The notes beneath the pieces are model-generated. The model was given only the letters and a program-made list of their open reading frames with translations, was not told the DNA's origin and did not search any database. A program made the translations under genes and the position numbers. Of a DNA stretch of 64,000 nt, positions 18,974 to 28,691 are shown piece after piece. Source of the stretch: Promethearchaeota archaeon (lineage in GTDB: Archaea > Asgardarchaeota > Lokiarchaeia > Sigyniarchaeales > SOKP01); NCBI GenBank assembly GCA_011364925.1, contig RDOA01000002.1:64001-128000 (forward strand), given 5' to 3'. The first letter of the stretch is position 1. Every line of letters begins with the position of its first letter.

Positions 18974-20383
18974 TTACAACAAGTTATCTGACTTCTTCAT
19001 TAGTTCATTCTTCTTTTTACGCAGTCTTTTAGCCTGGACTGCGATAGTTTCAAGAAGTCTTATTTGGTTAGAGGCTAACCATGGGCCTTCACAATCCACG
19101 GCAGCGTATGGAACATCACTCTTATTGGCCAAAGGTCTTATGATTGCTTGAGAATTCATAGCAGGTTGGCAATTAAATGTTCCAAGGTTTATTAAGCCAT
19201 CGTAAATGTTTTCCTTAAGAGAATACAAAAACCTACCAACAATTTGTGGTGTTTCAGTCATACTGTTTGAGGATACATATTTATTACCTTCTTCTAGGAG
19301 TTTATCAATTTCGATATAGGAATCGAACAATAATCCTGATCTACTCATTATTCTTCTGTACATCTTACATTGAGTATCAATAAAATTTATCATACTCTTG
19401 GTTCTTTTCGCTCTTACTGCCTCTTTTTGTTCTTTTTCGTTTAATTCAGAAAAATTAATTAAGGCCTCATCGAACTGATCTTTTGGGGTGAGAAGTCCTT
19501 TACTAAACCCAAACCTTATTGTATTTTCGGACAAAAGTAAAGTCATCCCTTCTGAAACATCAGCAACCTTTGTTATAATTCCTTTCTGAAGGAAAAATTC
19601 TTCAATTGGATAATGATCAAACATTAAGTTCAATCCCCCAAAGATTAAAATTTTAGTAGTCTCTTCGACTTTAGCTTTTAAAGGGATTTTCGCAACTTCT
19701 TTTGCCCACCTTACTAAACCAGTTTTTATGGTTTTTTCCCCCATTCTCACGCTTTCAATGAAGTTGGTTGTAATTTCTTCGAAAGTGTTCAAAGCAGAGT
19801 ATTCATCCTCAGCCGTACATCGTAGGGCGTTCCGCGCTTCAATTATATACTGTCCGATTATAAAATTGAGCTTTTCTTGCGCAATAAAGTCTTTATTCAA
19901 TCCTAGATAATTATTATAATAATTAGGTATCTGGTAGAATAACACATTTTTCAGATTCAGTCGTTTTGAAAAGTTTTTCCATATAACTGGCCATGCACCA
20001 TTCTGACACGGGCCATCTTGATCTATGGGAGTAATATAAATAGTGATCTCGTTTTCAGATCTATTCTCATGAATATCTTTCAATATCTCACCAGCAATAG
20101 CAACACACGCAAGACATTCTCTTCCAGAACAGATCTTCTTACCGTATTGTAGAGTGGAGGTGTTAGTTTCTTTGCTGATACGGACATTCTTATTGTGTGA
20201 AGCGTACAAATCTTTAACAAGACGTATCCCATAAGAATTTCTTGGTTCTGGCAAAACATAGACAATTCTTGGATCACTAAAGTCAACGCTATTTCCATCG
20301 CTGTCTATAATAGAACCATTATGAACTTCAGCCGATTTTACTTTTTGAATATCTTCGATTTTAAATTTCTTTATATCAGACAT
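18974..20383 (-). CDS. PlsR-like reductase/dehydratase subunit (partner of the 977-aa protein)
   Basis: CSGRECLAC, DGPCQNG and DGLINLGTFNCQP. Directly downstream of the double-activase gene. Confidence 0.8.
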   Translation of the reverse strand: MSDIKKFKIEDIQKVKSAEVHNGSIIDSDGNSVDFSDPRIVYVLPEPRNSYGIRLVKDLYASHNKNVRISKETNTSTLQYGKKICSGRECLACVAIAGEILKDIHENRSENEITIYITPIDQDGPCQNGAWPVIWKNFSKRLNLKNVLFYQIPNYYNNYLGLNKDFIAQEKLNFIIGQYIIEARNALRCTAEDEYSALNTFEEITTNFIESVRMGEKTIKTGLVRWAKEVAKIPLKAKVEETTKILIFGGLNLMFDHYPIEEFFLQKGIITKVADVSEGMTLLLSENTIRFGFSKGLLTPKDQFDEALINFSELNEKEQKEAVRAKRTKSMINFIDTQCKMYRRIMSRSGLLFDSYIEIDKLLEEGNKYVSSNSMTETPQIVGRFLYSLKENIYDGLINLGTFNCQPAMNSQAIIRPLANKSDVPYAAVDCEGPWLASNQIRLLETIAVQAKRLRKKKNELMKKSDNLL

Positions 20384-20400
20384 TTTTCTATTAAAATTCT

Positions 20401-23334
20401 CTAGCTTGTTAATTCAAATTTTTTACGTCGTTCTTCAATTATATCAAGAAATGCTTCTACCCGTGTTTCAAAACCAGCATGTGCAGTATGTGAATCAATC
20501 TCAAGATAACAAAATGTAGATCCTGCAAGCTCCTGTCGAAATTGATGATACATTGTACCGTCAGGACCACAAGAAAAACAGGAAACCATACAAATATAGA
20601 CATTTGGATTTTTTTTTGCGAAATTTACTGCATTATCGATCTGTTGAGTAAAAAGCCATGCATTTCGTTCATGATTAGCCGTTAGTAGTGGTAAAATATC
20701 AACTGGAATAGCATGATATCCTCTACTTGCAATTTTCTGAGGAAGTGCAATATTAATATCATTAGGATAGATTACATAAGGTCTTCCAGCAATTATTACA
20801 CTTGGTTCCTTGATTAATTTATCTAGTAGTTTTTCTCCTAACTCATGATACTTCCGAATAAACTTTTTATAATGAGAAAAAGCCCGTTTACCTGCTTCTA
20901 TTCCTACACTCCTTTCTAATCCGAGTTGAATCGCAACTTGCCCCAATTCTTGTAATGTTGTTTGTAAATATCGTTTCGATGTGCTTATATGAGGTGCTAA
21001 AATTCTATCTTGCTCGTTCTCAAACGCAGCTCGAACAACATCAGATATAACAGCTGTTGAGCTGCAGGTATACCCGTGAAGATATCCATCTGTAGGTTCG
21101 AATTCAAAAGTTCGAGGTAAAAATATATATTCGATTCCTTGGTTGATAAGATCTAGTACTGCTCCATGCGTTAATTCACCAGGATAACATATCGATGCCA
21201 ATGTTTTAGTATTTCCTAATGTATTTGATTTTGATAACACTACATCGAATCCCAATTCATTAATAAATTTGGTATAAAAGGGAAAAAGTGAATGTGTAGT
21301 TAAAACCATTGGTAAACCAATAGATCCTAGTGAATTTTTAAGAGCAGTTGGTCCAAATTCATCGTAAATCATTGAGTTCCTTATCTCTACTAGATTTTTA
21401 CCTAGTTTTATCTTTTTGCCTCTCTGACGCAATAGCTTGTATTTTGAACATAATCCACCAAACGGATAGGTATTGCCTCTTATGGAAATGTTTTGGATCT
21501 CGCAATTGTTTTCACATGCATTACACCTAAATGTGCTCTTTACTTTCATCTCTCCATGTAGAAGATCCCTTAAATTAAAATTATGTTCAGAGATTTCTTC
21601 GTTTCTTAAAAGATCGAGAGCCATTAGAGCAGAACCTATACTTCCCATAAGCTCGGGATGGGCTGGAACAATAATTTTTCGTTGAACTCGATCAGCAATG
21701 GCTAATGCAACAGCTTTATTTAAAGCAAGGCCTCCCAGAAATAAGATATTTTCACCAATTTGGCGGGATCCAATGATCCTCGAAATATAATTATCAGCAA
21801 TTGAATAAACAAGACCTGCAACAACATCCTCTCGTTTAGCGCCTTGCTGTAGTGCGTTTCTTAAATCAGTATTAATAAAAGCTGCACATCTTTCCCCAAA
21901 TGAAATTGGCTGAGAGCTGGTTAGAGCAATTTCACTGATTTTTTCGACTGGAATCCCCATATCTACTGACGCAGATTCTTCTAAAAAACTCCCAGTTCCG
22001 GCAGAACACCCTTCATTCATAGCATAATCAATAGGAACACCTTTTAAAAAGGAAATAAATTTTGAATCTTGCCCACCAATTTCAAAGACAGTATCGATTC
22101 CAAGTAATTCTTCCGTAGCGGATCGTGCGTGAGCTAATATTTCGTTAAAACTTCGACAATTATCCAAATACACTGAAACCATTTCTCTCGCTGACCCTGT
22201 TACACCGCATTGAATTATATTAATCGTAGTATTGCCAATTTGTTCTAAAAGTATCTCTAGACACTGTTTTGTTGATACAATGGGATTCCCTAAAGTTCTT
22301 AAATACGCACTAGCTCCAATGGAACTATCTTTTACATTGAATAGAACTGCTTTTGTAGTAGTTGATCCGGCGTCTAAACCTAATATATAGGATCCATTTT
22401 TAACAATTCTCATTTTAGTAGCTGGTTCTACTCGATAATCTAATAAATTTTCAATACTGGTAAGGGTTTTAGTAGTTTCAAAGACCGACTCCTTTTGTTC
22501 AATCAAATTTTCACTCCTTTGAGTATCATTTTGAATCTCAGACGCATATAGAGCCGCTCCAAAGACTTCAAGAAATGGGCTTTCTGATAAAACTTCAATA
22601 TCAGAGGATGGAAGAAAGTTTTGCATACTTTCGATAAAATACTTATTTAAAGAAACCCCACCCGTGATAACTATTAAATCAGTTGGCCATTGAGCACTCT
22701 CAATCATTTCACTCACTTTTCTTGCTAAATCGTGTATTAATGTTTTTGCGATGTCTTCTTTTTTACATTCTCCTTTGTTAAGTTTATGCGTCGCGTCAGA
22801 TTTACAATGCACCGAACATCGAGTTGCTAATTGAACTAACTGCCCCTTTGAACTTTCCTCAATTCCCTGCTTTACAGAGAGACCCATCCTTTCAAGTTGC
22901 TGGACGATAAATTCTCCTGTTCCAGCGGCACATTTAGAGGTTGAAATAATATTCTTAATAACGCCATTTTTCATTGGGTATATACTAAATGTTTCGCCTC
23001 CTAAAGAAAGAAGTAAATCGGGTTTTAAATTATAATATTGCAGTGCTTTTTCAAAGCATTCTACTTCAGAATAATAGGGAAAATCGAAAAATTGTTTTGC
23101 AACATTTCCTGTCATAACGATATTTGAATCACCATTGGTATTATGACGTTTAAAAATCTCTCTAATTTTTTCTCTAGGGAAACCCTCATGACGCAAAACT
23201 TCATTTATTATCGTTCCGTCTTGGGAAATTCGAACCCATTTTACAGAAACCGCCCCTATCTCTAATCCCTCATAATACTTATACTTGTACGAGACTTCTT
23301 TTGTGAAACTTTCGTTTGACATTAGGATCATCAA
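20401..23334 (-). CDS. PlsA-like multidomain protein: two ASKHA activase domains plus DUF2229
   Basis: Domain 1: GLEIGAVSVK, KCAAGTG, RCSVHCKSD. Domain 2: GLDAGSTTTK, EIGGQDSK, NEGCSAGTGSFL, RCAAF. Then CNACENNC, and DUF2229 motifs ICYPGE, FSCGPD, EIDSHT. Confidence 0.9.
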   Translation of the reverse strand: MMILMSNESFTKEVSYKYKYYEGLEIGAVSVKWVRISQDGTIINEVLRHEGFPREKIREIFKRHNTNGDSNIVMTGNVAKQFFDFPYYSEVECFEKALQYYNLKPDLLLSLGGETFSIYPMKNGVIKNIISTSKCAAGTGEFIVQQLERMGLSVKQGIEESSKGQLVQLATRCSVHCKSDATHKLNKGECKKEDIAKTLIHDLARKVSEMIESAQWPTDLIVITGGVSLNKYFIESMQNFLPSSDIEVLSESPFLEVFGAALYASEIQNDTQRSENLIEQKESVFETTKTLTSIENLLDYRVEPATKMRIVKNGSYILGLDAGSTTTKAVLFNVKDSSIGASAYLRTLGNPIVSTKQCLEILLEQIGNTTINIIQCGVTGSAREMVSVYLDNCRSFNEILAHARSATEELLGIDTVFEIGGQDSKFISFLKGVPIDYAMNEGCSAGTGSFLEESASVDMGIPVEKISEIALTSSQPISFGERCAAFINTDLRNALQQGAKREDVVAGLVYSIADNYISRIIGSRQIGENILFLGGLALNKAVALAIADRVQRKIIVPAHPELMGSIGSALMALDLLRNEEISEHNFNLRDLLHGEMKVKSTFRCNACENNCEIQNISIRGNTYPFGGLCSKYKLLRQRGKKIKLGKNLVEIRNSMIYDEFGPTALKNSLGSIGLPMVLTTHSLFPFYTKFINELGFDVVLSKSNTLGNTKTLASICYPGELTHGAVLDLINQGIEYIFLPRTFEFEPTDGYLHGYTCSSTAVISDVVRAAFENEQDRILAPHISTSKRYLQTTLQELGQVAIQLGLERSVGIEAGKRAFSHYKKFIRKYHELGEKLLDKLIKEPSVIIAGRPYVIYPNDINIALPQKIASRGYHAIPVDILPLLTANHERNAWLFTQQIDNAVNFAKKNPNVYICMVSCFSCGPDGTMYHQFRQELAGSTFCYLEIDSHTAHAGFETRVEAFLDIIEERRKKFELTS

Positions 23335-23715
23335 ATATTATTGGATAATTGTTTAAAATCTTCTCAAAGGGAGTACCGAATTTAATTTAATTCCAAATTT
23401 AGAATATCTATTCAATAATTCCTTAGTTTATCTAAATTGCTTAAAATTATGATATAATGGTTAAGCACATATGGTTATATTTTACTTAGATACTTATTTA
23501 ATCAAAATTGAAGTGTTGTATATAAATGTTTTCCTACACTTGCAACGGGTAGAATCTCTTAATTTTTGCCGAATCCTTGTTCACTGAATGAACATTCATT
23601 TATTTTGCATTGTTCTTTGCAATTTATCGAAAAATAGTATAATACGATAAATCCTAGACAAAGTTGAAATTTAAGACTTATCAAAAAAAAGAGGTACAAA
23701 ATACAAGTTTGGAAC

Positions 23716-24792
23716 CTATACTTCTTGTTTTGAGCGAATAATTAAATGTTGCTTTTGGTTTAAGTCCTTTCTTCTTTTCTTTCTTCTAATCATTTCAACA
23801 AAACTTTCTACTCTTGTCAATAATCCAGCTTCTCCCGAATGTTCATCCATCGTAATCTCCAAGAAAGGAAGTCCAACAACTTTCATATCGCGCATGATTA
23901 ATTCTGAAATTAGACTATCTGGACCACAAGCAAAACTTATTAAGAAAATAACTCCATCAATTTCGTCTCGACCTTCAGTGAGGAAATATCGGATGCTTTG
24001 CATGATTTCTTCTTCATGGCGCCAGTAATTTCGAAGTTTCCCACCTTTTGGGTTGACGATAACAGGTTTCTTAAAAATGAATTCTGGTAAGTTTTCGATA
24101 GTGATAACTTCTACTCCTTGATCTTGTAACTTTTTCTGAAAATCAAGGTTGATGAAAGTATCGAATATGTTGTAAGCATGTCCTAATAGTAAAAACTTTA
24201 TATCACCAGTGAGTTTTCTCTTAGGTAAGGTAAAAGAGCGATTCCTTTCAGCTAACCGTAGTGCATAATTGACCGAAGCGCCGTTTCTCAAAAATTCGTG
24301 ATACTCGTCAAAATACCTTTGGGCTTCTCTATACGCGTTTAAAGATTGATTTTGAGTTTTTCCTAACTGACTACCGAGTTCAATTGCGGCTGCTGATATA
24401 GGAAACTCTTTAACATTTACCTCAAAGTTCAAAATTTTTGGAACTCCCGGTAAAATTTTAATTACATCGGGTAATGATAAGAATTTTGGGCAAAAATACG
24501 AATCTTTTGTTTCAGAAACATATCTCGGTACAAAAATATAGTCTAAATCAGGGTGTTCTTCTATTAGTTTGATAACTTGTCCGTAGTAAATCTTAACGGG
24601 AATGCATAACTCTCCAAATCCATGAGTTACGCCTTCCTCAACTATTTTTTTGTTTGTAAGGGGACTTATAACGATTTCGGCATCTAGCTCTTCTAAGATC
24701 TTTTTCCAAAACGGAAAATACCTGTAAAAATGAAGCGCTCTCGGTATCCCCACTTTGAATTTTTTCTTAGTGGACGGTTGTGGAACTTCCAT
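23716..24792 (-). CDS. DUF2229 CoA-enzyme-activase-related subunit
   Basis: KVGIPRAL, ELCIPVKIYYG, FCPKFLSLPD, LLGHAYN, FACGPDS and MDEHSGEAGLLTRVESFVE. Confidence 0.88.
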   Translation of the reverse strand: MEVPQPSTKKKFKVGIPRALHFYRYFPFWKKILEELDAEIVISPLTNKKIVEEGVTHGFGELCIPVKIYYGQVIKLIEEHPDLDYIFVPRYVSETKDSYFCPKFLSLPDVIKILPGVPKILNFEVNVKEFPISAAAIELGSQLGKTQNQSLNAYREAQRYFDEYHEFLRNGASVNYALRLAERNRSFTLPKRKLTGDIKFLLLGHAYNIFDTFINLDFQKKLQDQGVEVITIENLPEFIFKKPVIVNPKGGKLRNYWRHEEEIMQSIRYFLTEGRDEIDGVIFLISFACGPDSLISELIMRDMKVVGLPFLEITMDEHSGEAGLLTRVESFVEMIRRKKRRKDLNQKQHLIIRSKQEV

Positions 24793-24813
24793 GTTAACAC
24801 ATCCCCTTAAGTT

Positions 24814-26493
24814 CTATGCATCTGGGCTATCATAAAGCAATAAATCTTTAATTTGAGCCATCATATTGGCAGTTAGACGCTTTAATTCTTCGTAGTCCGG
24901 CATAGGTTTACCCCAATATTTTTTGTGCTCCATGAATAAAGGTCCTGCTTTTAAGATATGACCTGTGTAGAAATTCAACATTTTCGCGTGTTTGGGATAG
25001 ATGTCTTCCGTTCCCGTTATCCCGATCAGTACGATTGGAACTTGTTTTTCGATCGCTAAACGCATCGCTCCGGTGTGACCCTCCAATAGTTCTCCGCCAC
25101 CAGGATTAGTAGTTCCCTCAGGATAAACTACACATAATTCTCCTTTGTCCAATACACTTTTTGCGTAATTGAATGAATCTATATCGTGTTGACCGCGTTT
25201 AAGTGGGAAAGCGTGATGGTTTCTAATCCACGCGTTAACAAGCGGCGGTTTGAATAAGGTTTGTTTTGCCATCTGATATAAAACCCGTTTACTATGATAG
25301 ATTAAACTCGTTGCTAAGATAATTACATCCCATTCAGAATTGTGGTTAGTGCACACGACAGCAGCTCCTTCTTCGGGTATATATTTTTCGAAATCAATTA
25401 CTTTATAGGGCATCATCAGTTCACACCAATTGTGGACTAACCAACCCGAGAAGTTTTGGACAGTTCTCTGAAATTGATCTCGAACTCCAAAAACCTCCAA
25501 TGTCTTTAAAAACGAATACCATATATCGTCGAAAAGTTGTAATGTACCTATTCCAACATCTTTTAAATAACCCTTGAAGGAGAACGAATCTTTAGGTTTT
25601 TGGGCGTCTTCTGGAGAACCGATTGATAATTCCTCTTCTTTCTTTTGCTTTCTCGGATCTACAATAACGTAATCTCGCAAATCTAGTACTACTTGACGTA
25701 ATTCAGTGGTTAGTCTTTTTATTTCTTCGTATGATACTTTGTTAATATCGTATTTGTCGTAATATATTGGGTCTCCTACGCGCACTTTAACTTGAGTTGG
25801 CTTCATTACAAGTTTGCCTTTGGGTAACGCATTTCTCGATCCTATAACTGCCATAGGAACTATAGGTACTTTCGTCTCAATGGCTAGTCGAACCGCTCCT
25901 GTTTTAAATTCTCCGAGCTCCCAACCTGTCTCTTCTCGAGATCGTGTCCCTTCAGGGAAAATGCCAACCCACTCTCCATTACGTATAATCTCCTTAGCTG
26001 TCTCCCACCCTTGCTCAGGATTTTCTCGGTCTAATTTAAACGCTCCGAGATTAGTAAATAAGGTTCTTACTAAAGGAGTTTTGAAATTGTCCAACTTACT
26101 CATGTATCGGATTCGTCTGTGGCACGCAGCACCATAGAAGAACGGGTCTAAATGGCTTTCATGGTTTCCCACTAGGATGCCCGGACCATATTCAGGGAAC
26201 ATATTCCCTTGTGGGTATTCTGCTTTAAAATTCCACAAAAGACGAGCAAAAAACTTAATATAGATAAACGCAGCCCACCATTGGAGTTGTCCTTCAATAT
26301 CTTCAACGTCTAATCGTTTAATAGCTTTGCGGTAAAGGTCGTTTAAGGGATCAATAGGATTATACTTTAATACCTTATAAGTTGCGTTTTGATGTCGTTT
26401 TCCGAAGTCTAATTCTTCTTGTTCCTTTTCTTCAGTAGTTTTAACTAAACGCGTTTCTTCAGTAGTTTTAAATTCTTCTTCTTCTAGTACCAT
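24814..26493 (-). CDS. Tandem two-domain lysophospholipid/glycerol-phosphate acyltransferase (PlsC family)
   Basis: Two intact catalytic sets: NHESHLD with FPEGTRS, and NHNSEWD with YPEGTT. Confidence 0.92.
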   Translation of the reverse strand: MVLEEEEFKTTEETRLVKTTEEKEQEELDFGKRHQNATYKVLKYNPIDPLNDLYRKAIKRLDVEDIEGQLQWWAAFIYIKFFARLLWNFKAEYPQGNMFPEYGPGILVGNHESHLDPFFYGAACHRRIRYMSKLDNFKTPLVRTLFTNLGAFKLDRENPEQGWETAKEIIRNGEWVGIFPEGTRSREETGWELGEFKTGAVRLAIETKVPIVPMAVIGSRNALPKGKLVMKPTQVKVRVGDPIYYDKYDINKVSYEEIKRLTTELRQVVLDLRDYVIVDPRKQKKEEELSIGSPEDAQKPKDSFSFKGYLKDVGIGTLQLFDDIWYSFLKTLEVFGVRDQFQRTVQNFSGWLVHNWCELMMPYKVIDFEKYIPEEGAAVVCTNHNSEWDVIILATSLIYHSKRVLYQMAKQTLFKPPLVNAWIRNHHAFPLKRGQHDIDSFNYAKSVLDKGELCVVYPEGTTNPGGGELLEGHTGAMRLAIEKQVPIVLIGITGTEDIYPKHAKMLNFYTGHILKAGPLFMEHKKYWGKPMPDYEELKRLTANMMAQIKDLLLYDSPDA

Positions 26494-26506
26494 TTTTTAC
26501 ACACTT

Positions 26507-27289
26507 TTAGGATTTTATTTTTACACTATTTTTAGTGCTCGAATCGGATATATTCTTTTTTTCAATTAACTTTTTTAATTCCTCTAGTGAATCAATTAAT
26601 AAATCGGGTTCGAATTCTGCTAACATCTCTTTTTTACTAACACCGCTTGCGACTCCGATCGTCCAAACTCCAGCTTCTCTCCCAGCTTGGATATCTGAAG
26701 GCATATCCCCAATCATTACAAACTCTTTCAAATTACACGATTTGTAAGTCTCGAAAACGGGATTTAGAGCTGTTGGATCGGGTTTCAAATTAGGGAGAAG
26801 ATCAGCTCCAAAAACACCTTTAAAAACGCTTTTAACCTTGTTTTCTTCAAGATGAGGAATGATATTCTTAGTCTGATTATGTGATACGATAAAAAAGTCG
26901 TACGATTTCTTGTATTTACTAATGAAATCGGTTGCTTCGGGGTAAAAGGGTGCTTCTTTAGCTAATGTTAAGTATCGAGTAAATATTTTTACCGCTATTC
27001 TTAATTTTTTAAAGAATGTTAATGATTGGAGCGAAGTAATGTATTTAAACAATTCAAAAGATTCTAATATGATTTTAGGAAGTGGCGTTCCTTGGATTAT
27101 CTCCATTAAAGCTCCGATCTCTTGCATCGTAGTTTCAATATTGGTCTTAATCTGCTTCTCTTCGTAGACTTCTTCTATTGATTTCTGAAGTGATTCTCTT
27201 ATATCGAGGACAGTTCCGTCAAAATCGAAAATAATACCTCGAATTGTCCCATTTTGAAGCCGCTTTACTAATTGATTGTCAGAGATCAT
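26507..27289 (-). CDS. HAD-superfamily phosphatase
   Basis: FDFDGT, KPDP and MIGDMPSDIQAG. First gene of the HAD-PlsC-DUF2229 unit. Confidence 0.9.
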   Translation of the reverse strand: MISDNQLVKRLQNGTIRGIIFDFDGTVLDIRESLQKSIEEVYEEKQIKTNIETTMQEIGALMEIIQGTPLPKIILESFELFKYITSLQSLTFFKKLRIAVKIFTRYLTLAKEAPFYPEATDFISKYKKSYDFFIVSHNQTKNIIPHLEENKVKSVFKGVFGADLLPNLKPDPTALNPVFETYKSCNLKEFVMIGDMPSDIQAGREAGVWTIGVASGVSKKEMLAEFEPDLLIDSLEELKKLIEKKNISDSSTKNSVKIKS

Positions 27290-28044
27290 TTTTTATTAAA
27301 AATCGGCCGAATTTTTAATAACTATTAAATTAATAATAGGTGAATTATCTTTACTTAAGTGATTTTCTATATAAAAAGATAATGATTATGTTTAAAGTAT
27401 GAAAAGTATGTAAAGTTTTAGCAGAAAAAATGGAAAAGCTTGATAATTTTTAAAAAAAAAATTTCAAATTTTGACTATCTTACATCTGTTTGCGATACTT
27501 CACATTTTTAGACCATGTATCCATGGTATTATTCCTTTAATATAAGATTCTTAAATATTATGTCGAAAAATAATTATTTAATTAGAGGTATTGAGTATGG
27601 AATGGCAAAAACAATATCAGAAGGATAAATATCGTCACGTCAATTTCCTTGAAACTCTTCCCATTAAGGAAGAAAAGATTCTAAAACTATTTCTTAAGAG
27701 AAATCAAAATCCGATTGATCTAGCGCATCAAATGTCTCATCCATATGATGAGAATCATATATAGTAAGTGCGAATCAATTTTAAATAAGTTTTCTATTCA
27801 ATCTCTATTTAATTTGAGGACCCTGCAAAATTGATATTGTTTATAGGGACAATCATAGATACCGCAGTTAATTCCGTTCACTTAGGATTAGTTGCTAGGT
27901 TAAACAAAGACACTGGAAAAAAGCTCTTAAATTAATATTTACTACGGGTTTTTAAATATTTGTAATTATGAACATTAAAATATATTATCACTTATTATTA
28001 AGTTGGTAAAATATAACCAAAATCTATGCGATTAGGTTTTTAAA

Positions 28045-28587
28045 ATGAGTAGAACTTCTACTTCCGATTTTCAATTTAAGATTCCGATAATAGGGGATGG
28101 CGGTGTAGGTAAAACCACGTTAACTCATCGCTATCTTCACGGATTATTTAAAGAGAGCTACCATTTAACGATTGGAGTAGATTTTTTTCTCAAAAAGCTT
28201 GAAATAGATGGGAAAAAAGTCTCTTTACAAATTTGGGATTTTGCTGGTGAAGAAAAATTTAGATTTTTACTACCTGGAGTAATCAATGGGGCTAATGGGA
28301 CCATTTTCATGTTTGATATAACAAGGTACGGGTCATTTGAGAATTTACCCAACTGGTTGGATGTTTTTAATAAGGCTAATGAAAATCACAATCAAGCAGT
28401 TCCTGCCTTGTTAGTAGGTAGTAAAACTGATCTCGCAGGAATTAGGACAGTTCCACCTAAAGAAGCTAAAGAATTCGCCCGGGATAATAATTTTATCAGC
28501 TATATTGAATGTTCTTCTAAAAGTGGTGAAAATGTAGAAGAACTCTTTAAAACAATTACTAAAATTATGATGGAAAAGGTAAAATAA
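28045..28587 (+). CDS. Rab-like small GTPase
   Basis: GDGGVGKT, TIGVDF, WDFAGEE, GSKTD and ECSSK. No C-terminal prenylation motif. Confidence 0.92.
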   Translation: MSRTSTSDFQFKIPIIGDGGVGKTTLTHRYLHGLFKESYHLTIGVDFFLKKLEIDGKKVSLQIWDFAGEEKFRFLLPGVINGANGTIFMFDITRYGSFENLPNWLDVFNKANENHNQAVPALLVGSKTDLAGIRTVPPKEAKEFARDNNFISYIECSSKSGENVEELFKTITKIMMEKVK

Positions 28588-28691
28588 CTTAGCATTTTAT
28601 TATCTATAAAGCTTTTATACCTTCTATTAATTATTAAAAAGTAATCATACACGAATTCTATTTTTAGTATGTAATTCCGTTATTCATACAT

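Noticed and set aside
7133-24792. Benzoyl-CoA reductase or amino-acid-fermentation 2-hydroxyacyl-CoA dehydratase
   Set aside because: The partner subunits are of the DUF2229 and GPCRxG type rather than HgdAB/BcrBC type, and the neighbours are acyltransferases rather than CoA transferases or ring-cleavage genes. Not fully excluded without a phylogeny.
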